A stretch of 64,000 nucleotides of DNA from Solirubrobacteraceae bacterium (lineage in GTDB: Bacteria > Actinomycetota > Thermoleophilia > Solirubrobacterales > Solirubrobacteraceae). Under the pieces are notes generated by a model that did not search any database, was not told the origin of the DNA, and worked only from the letters and a program-made list of their open reading frames with translations. Location: contig DASSZV010000021.1 in the NCBI GenBank assembly GCA_035702765.1, positions 1,002-65,001 on the forward strand, written 5' to 3'. The position numbers were made by a program, and so were the translations under genes. Position 1 is the stretch's first letter. The number at the start of each line of letters is the position of its first letter. Below are positions 8,858 through 17,248 of the stretch, piece by piece.

Positions 8858-9355
8858 TCAGGCCGCGCCCGTCAGGCGGCCCCCGCTGAGTGACCGGTAC
8901 CCGTCCAGCCCGGGCATCGATGCGCTTGCGTCGACGAGCCCGCCGACAAGTGCCTCCACCGGCACGGCCAGGAAGGTCGCGAGGTGACGGACGCGCTCTT
9001 GGCTGGCCACTGCTGCCTCGACCTCAGCCCGGGCGGCGGCGAGGGTGGCCGCGTCGGGCGCCTCCCGTCGCGCCAGGGCGGTCCGGATCGCCGCCTCGGC
9101 AACCGCGCCGAAACGGGTCTCGAGCGCCTCGGCGTCCGGGTTCGCGGCAACCCCTACGAGCGCGACCAGGGCGCGGTCGAAGGCCCGGCCGTCACCGGAA
9201 CCGGTCTGCCCGCGGAGCTCGGCGTGCGCGGCGGCCAGACGGCGGACCATGGGCAGACCGTTGACGATTCTCCGGCGGCGCTCACGCTCGCGGCGGCGGC
9301 GGCGCAGACGCTCGAGCTCGTCCTGGCCCGGGTTGGCGTGGTGGGGTTCTGGCAT
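8858..9355 (-). CDS. Hypothetical protein resembling degenerate sigma-70 regions 2-3
   Basis: GGAGGG RBS. RRRIVNGLPMVRRLA..., ETRFGAVAEAAIR and HLATFLAVPVEALVGGL...YRSLS echo SigB/SigF-type motifs. Confidence 0.55.
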   Translation of the reverse strand: MPEPHHANPGQDELERLRRRRRERERRRRIVNGLPMVRRLAAAHAELRGQTGSGDGRAFDRALVALVGVAANPDAEALETRFGAVAEAAIRTALARREAPDAATLAAARAEVEAAVASQERVRHLATFLAVPVEALVGGLVDASASMPGLDGYRSLSGGRLTGAA

Positions 9356-9516
9356 GGTCGCTTCCCTCCTGTGGTGAGACCGCGCGCATCCGTCTTCGAC
9401 ACGCTCAGACCCCAGAACGCATGGGCGTGGCGAAGGTTGGAACCAAGCTGCGGCTTTTTCCCAACTGGACGCGGCGACCCCGCAGCGGCGGTCCGGTGGG
9501 GGAGGGGGCGAAACGG

Positions 9517-9554
9517 CCGACGGGGCCCGGACGTTCGTGTCCGGACCCCGTCGG
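9517..9554 (-). terminator. Hairpin downstream of sdhB
   Basis: CCGACGGGG.CCGGAC...GTCCGG.CCCCGTCGG inverted repeat. Confidence 0.6.
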
Positions 9555-9587
9555 AGCCCTGCTGGAGATGCTGTCGCTCAGGACGCC

Positions 9588-10370
9588 TCAGACCTTCTTG
9601 CGGCCGTCCCGGCTCTTGTTCCGCTTGAAGATCTTCAGCAGAGGGTCATAGCGTTCGTCGACGACGCGCTCCTTGAGCGGGATGATCGCGTTGTCGGTGA
9701 TGTGGATGCCCTCGGGGCAGACCTCGGTGCAGCACTTGGTGATGTTGCAGAGGCCGATGCCGGCGTCGTCAGCGATCATGTCAATGCGGTCGAGGCCGTC
9801 CAGCGGATGCATGTCCAGGGACGCGAGCCGGATCATGAACCGCGGCCCGTAGTACTTGTTGTGCATCCGGTGGTCGCGCAGGATGTGGCAGACGTCCTGG
9901 CACATGAAGCACTCGATGCACTTGCGGAACTCGCTCATGCGGTCGACATCCTCCTGGCCCATGAGGAACTCGTCCCCGAGACCCTCACGCGGGGTGAAGG
10001 GCGGGATCTTCTTGTTCACCTCGTAGTTCCAGGACACGTCGGTGACGAGATCGCGGATGGGCGGGAAGGCCCGCATGGGCTCCACCTGGATCGGCGCATC
10101 GGCCGGCAGGTGGTCCAGGCGGGTCTTGCACATCAGCGACGGGCGGCCGTTGACCTCGGCCGAGCAGGATCCGCACTTGGCGGCCTTGCAGTTCCAGCGC
10201 ACCGCGAGGTCGGGCTCCTGCTCGCGCTGGATCTCCAGCACGGCGTCGAGCACGACCATTCCCGGCTCGGTCTCGAGCTCGTAGGTGACCAGCTCGCCGC
10301 CGGCCTCGTCCCCGCGCCAGATCTTGAAGGTGCGGGGACCGCCCTTCATCTCCTGGGCGTGTTCACTCAT
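9588..10370 (-). CDS. sdhB: Succinate dehydrogenase/fumarate reductase iron-sulfur subunit
   Basis: Cys motifs CKAAKCGSC, CIECFMCQDVC and CNITKCCTEVCP. Confidence 0.95.
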   Translation of the reverse strand: MSEHAQEMKGGPRTFKIWRGDEAGGELVTYELETEPGMVVLDAVLEIQREQEPDLAVRWNCKAAKCGSCSAEVNGRPSLMCKTRLDHLPADAPIQVEPMRAFPPIRDLVTDVSWNYEVNKKIPPFTPREGLGDEFLMGQEDVDRMSEFRKCIECFMCQDVCHILRDHRMHNKYYGPRFMIRLASLDMHPLDGLDRIDMIADDAGIGLCNITKCCTEVCPEGIHITDNAIIPLKERVVDERYDPLLKIFKRNKSRDGRKKV

Positions 10371-12109
10371 GCCGCGGCCTCCTGGGTCTTGCGGGCTTCG
10401 ACGAGCTCGGAGAGGTCGTCCTTCTTGAGGACGGGAACCGGCTCGAGGTTGAGGTCCGCACCCTCGCCATCCTGGAGGATGTTGTGGCCGGCCCAGTATT
10501 CGTCGTACCCCGGGTGATCGAGGCGGCTGTGACCGCCGCGGCTCTCCTCGCGCAGAAGCGCACCCCGGGCGACCATCAGGGAGACGATGGCCATGTTGCG
10601 GATCTCCTCACACAGCTGCCAGCCCGGGTTGTAGTCCCGACGCGGTGAGGGCGAGCGGGCGCTCCGCGCACGCTCGTAGAGCTCCTCGACCTTGGCGACC
10701 GAGGCCTCGAGACCCTCCTTCTCGCGGAAGATACCGACGCCGTCGCCCATCGCCTTCTGCAGCTCCTTGTGGAGCTTGAAGGGGTTCTCGGGTGTGTCGG
10801 TCCCGCTGCCCGTGATGTCGGCCTCCGCCTTGCGGAAGGCCTCCTGGACCGCGTCATCGGGCAGAATGACCGGCCCGAAGCGGTTGGCCTCCTCCGCCGC
10901 GCCGATGCCGGCACGACGACCGAAGACGAGCAGGTCGCCGAGGGAGTTGCCGCCCAGGCGGTTGGCCCCGTTCATGCCGCCGGTGGCCTCACCGGTGGCG
11001 AACAGGCCCGGGACGCGGGTCTGGCCGGTGTCGGCGTCGACCTTGATCCCGCCCATGAAGTAGTGGCAGGTCGGGCCGACCTGCATCGGCTCCTTGGTGA
11101 TGTCGACGCCGGCGAGCTCCTTGAACTGCTCGTACATCGACGGCAGCCGCTTCATCACGTAGGCGGGATCGAGGTGGGTGACGTCGAGGAAGGCACCGCC
11201 GTGTGGGGAACCCCGACCCTCCTTCACCTCGGTGTAGATCGAGCGGGCGACGACGTCACGGGTGGAGAGCTCCATCCGCTTGGGGTCGTAGTGCTCCATG
11301 AACCGCTCGCCCTTGGCGTTGAAGAGCCGTCCGCCCTCACCACGCACCGCCTCGGTGACCAGCAGACCCTCGACGCCGGGGGGGTAGACCATTCCGGTCG
11401 GGTGGAACTGGATGAACTCCATGTCGACGAGCTGGGCGCCGGCGTCATAGGCCAGGCCGTAGCCGTCGCCGGTGCAGTCCTGGGAGTTGGAGGTGACCTT
11501 GTAGATGCGGCCAGACCCGCCGGTAGCGAGCACGAGCGCGCGGGAGGAGAAGGCGACGTACTCACCGGTCGGGCGACGGAAGCCGAAGCAGCCCACGACC
11601 CGCTCGCCGTCCTTGATCAGGGTGGTCACCGTCGTCTCCATGAAGACGTCGACCCCGGAGTGGATCGTCTTGTCCTGCAGCGTCCGGATCAGCTCGAGGC
11701 CGGTGCGGTCGCCGATGTGGACGAGACGCTTGTAGGTGTGACCACCGAAGGCGCGCTGGTCCATCTTCTTCTCGGGGGTGCGGTCAAAGATCGCGCCCCA
11801 GCGCTCCAGTTCCCGGGCCCGGTCCGGCACCTCACGGGCATGCAGCTCGGCCATGCGCCAGTTGTTGAGGTACTTGCCGCCGAACATGGTGTCCTGGAAG
11901 TGCGTGCTCCAGTTGTCCTCGGGAGCGATGTTGCCCAGGGAGGCGGCCATACCGCCCTCGGCCATGACCGTGTGGGCCTTTCCGAGGAGCGACTTGCAGA
12001 CCACCGCTGTACGGGCCCCGGCCTCGGCCGAGGCGATCGCCGCGCGCAGGCCCGAGCCGCCCGAGCCGATGACGATGACGTCGTAGTCGTACTTCTGAAT
12101 CTCAGACAT
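10367..12109 (-). CDS. sdhA: Succinate dehydrogenase/fumarate reductase flavoprotein subunit
   Basis: Motifs GSGGSG, AHTVMAEGG, QFHPTG, EAVRGEGG, HYFMGG, GANRLGGNSL and REESRGGH. Confidence 0.96.
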   Translation of the reverse strand: MSEIQKYDYDVIVIGSGGSGLRAAIASAEAGARTAVVCKSLLGKAHTVMAEGGMAASLGNIAPEDNWSTHFQDTMFGGKYLNNWRMAELHAREVPDRARELERWGAIFDRTPEKKMDQRAFGGHTYKRLVHIGDRTGLELIRTLQDKTIHSGVDVFMETTVTTLIKDGERVVGCFGFRRPTGEYVAFSSRALVLATGGSGRIYKVTSNSQDCTGDGYGLAYDAGAQLVDMEFIQFHPTGMVYPPGVEGLLVTEAVRGEGGRLFNAKGERFMEHYDPKRMELSTRDVVARSIYTEVKEGRGSPHGGAFLDVTHLDPAYVMKRLPSMYEQFKELAGVDITKEPMQVGPTCHYFMGGIKVDADTGQTRVPGLFATGEATGGMNGANRLGGNSLGDLLVFGRRAGIGAAEEANRFGPVILPDDAVQEAFRKAEADITGSGTDTPENPFKLHKELQKAMGDGVGIFREKEGLEASVAKVEELYERARSARSPSPRRDYNPGWQLCEEIRNMAIVSLMVARGALLREESRGGHSRLDHPGYDEYWAGHNILQDGEGADLNLEPVPVLKKDDLSELVEARKTQEAAA

Positions 12110-12121
12110 GGCTTTTCTTGT

Positions 12122-12937
12122 CTAGAAAATGTGGTGGGGATCGGTGAAGACGCCGGAGCTGGCGAGCCAGATGTAGAGGTCGGTGCCCCAGACGGTGAAC
12201 AGAGAGATCCAAGCCCACTGCATGTGGTTGACGTTGAGCTTGGTGACGCCGAGCCAACCCTTGTGACGCACCTTCGCGGAGGTGCTGCAGTCGAAGCAGT
12301 TGAGCTTGCCGCCGATGATGTGTCGCCAGGAGTTGCATCCGAAGGTGAATGCAGACAGCGCGATCACGTTGACGAACATGATGGCGGACCCGACGGAGAC
12401 CCCGAACTTGGTGGTCCCGCCGACGGTGTAGAAGAGTCCGCGGAAGGCGTCGAACCAGAGGAAGCCCATGACCACCACTGCGGCGTACCACATGTAGCGG
12501 TGGGCATTCTGGAAGATCAGGGGAAAGCGGGTCTCCCCCGTGTACTTGCGGCGTGCCGCGCCAGCTACCGCGCAGGAGGGCGGCGCCAGGAAGAAGGAGC
12601 GGTAGTACGCCTTGCGGTAGTAGTAACAGGTGGTGCGCAGGCCGAGGGGGGCCCACAGGACCAGGAATGCCCAGGGCAGGCTGGTCTTGAAGCCGAAGAT
12701 GCTCGGCAGGTCCGGTGAGAACACCGGGGAATCCAGGTAGGCAGTGCCTCCGTCGGTGATCGACGGGTACTTCGTCGTGGCGATCACTCGGAACAACACA
12801 TAGACGCCGAAGAGGCTGAGGCTCGCGACCGTGAAGAACGGTCCGATCCACCAGCGGTCGCGTCGTGCGGTGTCGCCGAGCTTTCGGGGGGCGCCGTACG
12901 CCGGAGCGGGCTTAACGGCTTCTTGGGTTGCGCTCAT
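12122..12937 (-). CDS. Succinate dehydrogenase membrane anchor, mycobacterial Sdh1 (Rv0249c-like) type
   Basis: Motifs TCYYYRKAYYRSFF..PPSCAV, YTGETRFPLIFQNAHRY and LNVNHMQWAW. First gene of the sdh operon. Confidence 0.88.
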   Translation of the reverse strand: MSATQEAVKPAPAYGAPRKLGDTARRDRWWIGPFFTVASLSLFGVYVLFRVIATTKYPSITDGGTAYLDSPVFSPDLPSIFGFKTSLPWAFLVLWAPLGLRTTCYYYRKAYYRSFFLAPPSCAVAGAARRKYTGETRFPLIFQNAHRYMWYAAVVVMGFLWFDAFRGLFYTVGGTTKFGVSVGSAIMFVNVIALSAFTFGCNSWRHIIGGKLNCFDCSTSAKVRHKGWLGVTKLNVNHMQWAWISLFTVWGTDLYIWLASSGVFTDPHHIF

Positions 12938-13180
12938 CTAGGCCTTTTCCTACGGGCGGGTGGGCTGATCGTTCCTCATCACCTTATCTCTCAAGAGCGC
13001 CTAAAGCGGCGTGGGTGCGATCCCCTGTAGCCCCAGGGCTTGCCGTCGGCGCGCCCTCGTGGGCTCGTGCCGGCGGTCGCCCCGCCGGGGGAGACCTTGC
13101 ATGCGGGGACATCCCTGGCGACAGCGTCAGCACCTCCCGAGGGTCGCAGGTGGCGGGTGGCGGCGCCGAGGATCGTCCGG

Positions 13181-13198
13181 GCGTGACGGATCTCACGC
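13181..13198. promoter_or_regulatory. CRP/FNR-like palindrome upstream of the sdh operon
   Basis: GCGTGA-CGGATC-TCACGC fits GTGA-N6-TCAC. Confidence 0.5.
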
Positions 13199-13263
13199 GC
13201 CGTGGCGGCGGCTGAGCCGGGGTCCCGACGCTGACTCGGACTCAGCCCGAGCATTCGTTGGGG

Positions 13264-13428
13264 TCAGCCCTGTCGGGAGCGCAGCGGTCGGCGCAGCAGC
13301 TCGGACTCGACCTGGCCCGGGACGAGGCGGCTCACGGTCTCGTCCTCGCGGGCGGAGACGCGGAAACCCGCGCCGAAGATGAGGGCGAGGGCGACGGCCA
13401 GGAGGATGACGGCAACCAGGGTGGTCAT
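13264..13428 (-). CDS. 54-aa small membrane protein (below the ORF-track cutoff)
   Basis: MTTLVAVILLAVALALIFGAGFRVSAREDETVSRLVPGQVESELLRRPLRSRQG, with high-GC3 codons and one TM helix. Confidence 0.6.
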   Translation of the reverse strand: MTTLVAVILLAVALALIFGAGFRVSAREDETVSRLVPGQVESELLRRPLRSRQG

Positions 13429-13710
13429 GGGTCTCACTGTGACGCGAGCTCACGGATCCGAATGTGAGGCTGGACGCAGAAGGCACCGCGGCCGTAGTGG
13501 GGGCCCAAGGGGGTGGGAGGAGGAGGGGGCCCCGTCTCGATTCGGGACCCCCTCGACATCCAGCCGTGCCGGGGGACAGGCGCGGCTCACTTCGCCAGGT
13601 AGCGCTTGGCGCTGCCCGATGCATGGGAGAACGCGCTCCCGGCGCGCAGGTTGGTCACTTGCGCGTCAGGGTCGGGCAGCTGCGTGCCCCGCGCCGGCGT
13701 GAGGTGTGCA

Positions 13711-13737
13711 ACGCCGGGCCCCCGCAGGGCCCGGCGT
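13711..13737 (-). terminator. Hairpin after the Thr-rich gene
   Basis: ACGCCGGGCCC-N5-GGGCCCGGCGT is a perfect 11-bp stem. Confidence 0.65.
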
Positions 13738-13745
13738 ACATCAGC

Positions 13746-14267
13746 TCAGCCGGTGGTGGTGGTCGTGCTCGTCGTGGTGGCGGTCGACGTGGTGCCCGTG
13801 GTCGTCGTCGGAGTCGCGGTGGTCGTCGTCGGAGTCGCGGTGGTCGTCGTGCCGGTCGTGCTCGTCGGCGTGGTCGTGGTGCCGGTCGTGGTCGTCGGCA
13901 TGCCCGGGTGGGTCGGGTGCGGACGCACGCCCTCGACGAAGACCCAGCGGAAGCGGAAGTGCCGGTGCCCGTGGAAGAAGTAGTAGACCTTCTCGCGCAC
14001 CCAGTAGCCGTGAGCGTTGGTGCCGGTCGGGGTCGTGCTTGTCGTGGTCGTGTCGGTTGCCGTCGTGCCCGTCGCGGTCGTGTCGGTCGAGGTCGTGCCC
14101 GTCGCGTTCGTATCGGTCGACGTGGTGCCGGTGGATGCGGCGCTCGTGTCGGTCGTGGCGCCCTTGGGGAAGTGGCCGCCGCCGTGGCCGTGGGCGAGTG
14201 CGGCCGCGGGGGCGACCCCGATGACGAGTGCGGCGCCGGCGCTTGCGAACTTGTGGGAGAGCTTCAT
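13746..14267 (-). CDS. Secreted Thr-rich (mucin-like) protein
   Basis: AGGAG RBS and a signal peptide ending AAALA. Two Thr-rich repeat blocks flank a short aromatic/His core. Confidence 0.8.
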   Translation of the reverse strand: MKLSHKFASAGAALVIGVAPAAALAHGHGGGHFPKGATTDTSAASTGTTSTDTNATGTTSTDTTATGTTATDTTTTSTTPTGTNAHGYWVREKVYYFFHGHRHFRFRWVFVEGVRPHPTHPGMPTTTTGTTTTPTSTTGTTTTATPTTTTATPTTTTGTTSTATTTSTTTTTG

Positions 14268-14347
14268 ACGTGTTGACTCCTGGGTGACTTTGAGGAACGA
14301 CGGCCAGGGCGGCCCGTCCGCCTTTGAGACCTATGTCGTCAGCGACC

Positions 14348-14359
14348 GTCAGGAGCTAC
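14348..14359 (-). promoter_or_regulatory. GTAGCTCCTGAC motif, copy 1 (upstream of the Thr-rich gene)
   Basis: Exact 12-mer also present at 16174-16185. Confidence 0.55.
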
Positions 14360-14416
14360 AGAGCGCCTGGACACTCTCGGGGAGCCTGGGAGCCCCCAGA
14401 GGTCCGGATCAGGGCC

Positions 14417-16138
14417 TCAGAGCTCGAGGTGGCTGATCAGATGGCCCAGCTTGGTCGGCCCGGCCCCATGGCCGGGCCCCACGATGTGCGGGGTCGTCGT
14501 GGTCGAGCTGGCGTCCGCGGTGGTCGAGGTGCCCGAGCCCGCGCCTGACGCCGTGCCGGGGGTGCCCGTCGTGGTCGTGGGTGCGCCGGCGGTGGTCGTC
14601 GTCCCGCCGGAGGACCGGGTGCTGGCCCCGGAGAGGCTCGAGGACCCGTCCTGGCTCTGGCTGCCCGTACTCCGCCCGTGGCCCTGGGATCCTGAGGCTC
14701 CCGAACGACCGCGGCCGCTCGAGCCGGGCGTGCGTCCGGTCGCCCCCGGCTGCGGGGGCGTCCCGAAATGGCCGGCGCCGCCCGTGGTGTGGGTGTGGCC
14801 GGTGCCGGTCTTCGGATGGCCCAGGGCGCCCGAGCTGGCACCGTGCGTCACCGCGAGCCCGGGCGCATGCGTGTGGCCGGTGCGGCTCCTGTCCCTCGCG
14901 TGGGTCGAGCTCCCGGCCGCCGACGTCGTTGACGAGAACGCGGATTGACCGACCGGATGGGTGGCGGTGGTCCGCGGGTGTCCCGGCGTCGGGAGGGTGT
15001 GATCTCGGGTGCCGAGCGCCCGGGTCCCCGCAACCGTCCGTCGGCCCGAGAACGTCAGCTGGGTACCCGCGCGCGCGCGGGACCCGGCCAGGCGCCCCCC
15101 TGGGGCGTGCGTCGCCGGCGCCGACCCCACGTGGGGAACGGTGCCACGCTGGTGATGGCTGTCGACGGCGTGGATGACCCCGGCCGTGCCGGCCGCCGCG
15201 GCGAGCAGCGCGGCACCCCCGCCCAGCCCCTTGACGGACAGCATGGTGCCCAGGCCGAGCTTGGCCGTAGCGCCCGCTCCGCCCGCTCCGGCGACGGTGC
15301 CTCCAGCGGCCCCGGACCCGCCCCCGGCGCGCCCGAGGGCGGCGAGCAGCGGACCGGCCACCGCCGCGGCGGGCAGGGCCGGTGCGATCACGTGGAGATC
15401 CCTGCGGCGCGCGGGGATCGCCGCGGCGAAGGCCGCGCAGCTGCCGCAGTCGTCGAGGTGGCTGGAGATGCGCCGTCCGCGCAGGACGCGCCGATCACCG
15501 TCGGAGATCATGCGCTGGATCTCCTCACAGGACATGCTTCGGCCCTCCTCCCGCTCGGCGAGGGCGCGGCGAGCCTCCAGGAGGGTCTGCTTGGCCACGC
15601 CGACGCTGATCTCCAGCGTCTGGGCCAGCTCCTGATGGCTGAAGCCGCCGAGCTCGCGCAGGATCAACGCCGAGCGCTGGCGTTCGGCCAGCGTGTCGAG
15701 ATCGGCGAGCAGAAGGGCCAGGCGTGCTCGCTCCTCCGCCTGCTGGTGAGCGGGCGGCGCACTGCCCAGCAGCGCCTCCAGATCCGCGTCGGGGGAGAGC
15801 TCGCGCTCCGGACGCCGCCGGCGCAGCAGCGAGATCGCCTCGTTGTGCACGATCCGAAAAAGCCAGGGCTTCACCGGGGCGTTGCGCTGCTGGGCGCGCA
15901 GCGCCAGCAGCGCCTTGGTGAGCGCGTTCTGCAGGGCATCCTGGGTGTCGGCCTCGCTGCGCACCAGGGAGCGGCAGTAGCGCTCCAGCCCGGTGTGATG
16001 GCGCAGATAGAGCACCTCGAAGGCCCGGTCGTCGCCCTCGGCGATCAGGGCAGCCAGACGCTCGTCGCCCAGCGCACGCAACAGCGCGGCGGGGCGACGC
16101 ACCCGCGTTGGTGTGACCGGAGATGCCGCAGCTTCCAT
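14417..16138 (-). CDS. ECF sigma factor fused to a zinc-finger, TM segment and S/T/G-rich tail
   Basis: Sigma region 2 (AFEVLYLRH...PWLFRIVHN) and region 4 (ERQRSALILRELGGFSHQELA), then C...HLDDCGSC, a hydrophobic segment and a low-complexity C-terminus. Confidence 0.88.
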   Translation of the reverse strand: MEAAASPVTPTRVRRPAALLRALGDERLAALIAEGDDRAFEVLYLRHHTGLERYCRSLVRSEADTQDALQNALTKALLALRAQQRNAPVKPWLFRIVHNEAISLLRRRRPERELSPDADLEALLGSAPPAHQQAEERARLALLLADLDTLAERQRSALILRELGGFSHQELAQTLEISVGVAKQTLLEARRALAEREEGRSMSCEEIQRMISDGDRRVLRGRRISSHLDDCGSCAAFAAAIPARRRDLHVIAPALPAAAVAGPLLAALGRAGGGSGAAGGTVAGAGGAGATAKLGLGTMLSVKGLGGGAALLAAAAGTAGVIHAVDSHHQRGTVPHVGSAPATHAPGGRLAGSRARAGTQLTFSGRRTVAGTRALGTRDHTLPTPGHPRTTATHPVGQSAFSSTTSAAGSSTHARDRSRTGHTHAPGLAVTHGASSGALGHPKTGTGHTHTTGGAGHFGTPPQPGATGRTPGSSGRGRSGASGSQGHGRSTGSQSQDGSSSLSGASTRSSGGTTTTAGAPTTTTGTPGTASGAGSGTSTTADASSTTTTPHIVGPGHGAGPTKLGHLISHLEL

Positions 16139-16173
16139 GACTCACGTGCAGGCTACGCTCTCGCCGCCCGGAA

Positions 16174-16185
16174 GTCAGGAGCTAC
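16174..16185 (-). promoter_or_regulatory. GTAGCTCCTGAC motif, copy 2 (upstream of the ECF sigma)
   Basis: Exact 12-mer also present at 14348-14359. Confidence 0.55.
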
Positions 16186-16195
16186 CGGCTGGCGT

Positions 16196-17035
16196 TCAGT
16201 CCTTGACCTTGCGCTGCTCGGCGATGATCGCGCCCTCGGAGCTGGCCATCTCGGCGGGCGGGAAGGGACCCATCCAGTCGTCGCGGGCACCGTCGACGGT
16301 GAGCACGGTGCCGGAGACGAAATCGCCCACCGGTGAGGCGAGGTACACCACCGCGCCGGCGATCTCCTCCGGCGTGCCCACGCGTCCGAGGGGCACCGAC
16401 GCCGACATCGCCGCGACGACCTCCTGCGGATACTTGGTGTGGAAGACCTCCGTGCCGATCTGGCCGGCGGCCACCGCGTTGAGCTTGATGTTGAACCGGG
16501 CCCACTCGATGGAGAGCACGCGCATGAGGTTCTCCACCGCGGCCCGGGCGGCCGACGAGTGCGCCATGCCCGGCTGGCCGTTGTGCGGAGAGAGGGTGAT
16601 GGAGATGACCTTGCCGCCCCCGGAGGGAATCATCGACCGGGTGGCCACGGCGTGGGTCATCAGCCAGGTGCCCTCGACGTTGAGGCGGATGACCGTGCGG
16701 AAGCCCTTGGGCGAGATCGCCTCGGCGGGGGCGAGGAACTGACCGCCGGCGTTGTTGACGAGCAGGTCGATCCTGGCGTGCTCGTCGAGCACGCGGCTCA
16801 CCAGGGCATCGACCTGATCCTCCTCGCGGATGTCCGCCAGGATCGGGTGGATGCGACCGTGGGGGTCGAGCCCGGCGGTCTCCTTGATCGGCTCGAGCCG
16901 ACGGCCGCAGATGTACACCTGGGCGCCGAGATCGGCGAGTTCCAGGGCGGTGACCCGGCCGATGCCGGAGCCGGCACCTGAGACGACGGCCACCTGGCCC
17001 TCGAGCAGGCCGGGACGGAAGCTGGAGACGGTCAT
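16196..17035 (-). CDS. SDR oxidoreductase (enoyl/dienoyl-CoA reductase-like)
   Basis: Motifs SGAGSGIG, LVNNAGGQF and HSSAARAAV. Confidence 0.9.
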   Translation of the reverse strand: MTVSSFRPGLLEGQVAVVSGAGSGIGRVTALELADLGAQVYICGRRLEPIKETAGLDPHGRIHPILADIREEDQVDALVSRVLDEHARIDLLVNNAGGQFLAPAEAISPKGFRTVIRLNVEGTWLMTHAVATRSMIPSGGGKVISITLSPHNGQPGMAHSSAARAAVENLMRVLSIEWARFNIKLNAVAAGQIGTEVFHTKYPQEVVAAMSASVPLGRVGTPEEIAGAVVYLASPVGDFVSGTVLTVDGARDDWMGPFPPAEMASSEGAIIAEQRKVKD

Positions 17036-17248
17036 GGCGGCGATTCTCCCAGGCTGCCTGGGAATCGGCGCCTGGGGGTGCCTCCCTTGGGTTCCGCAGG
17101 GCCTGAGCCCACGCGCGGCGGATGGCGACCGGCTCAGGAGACGAGCCGGGGATCCTGACCTTCGGCGGGGCGGAGTCGACGAGCGTCGGAGGCATGAGGG
17201 GCCTCGCTGCGGACGCGCTCCGGGGCGGTCGCCGCGCGGAGGGGAGAC

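Noticed and set aside
13438-13453. Second CRP-like site TGTGA...TCAC
   Set aside because: The spacer is 7 nt rather than 6, so the match is weak.
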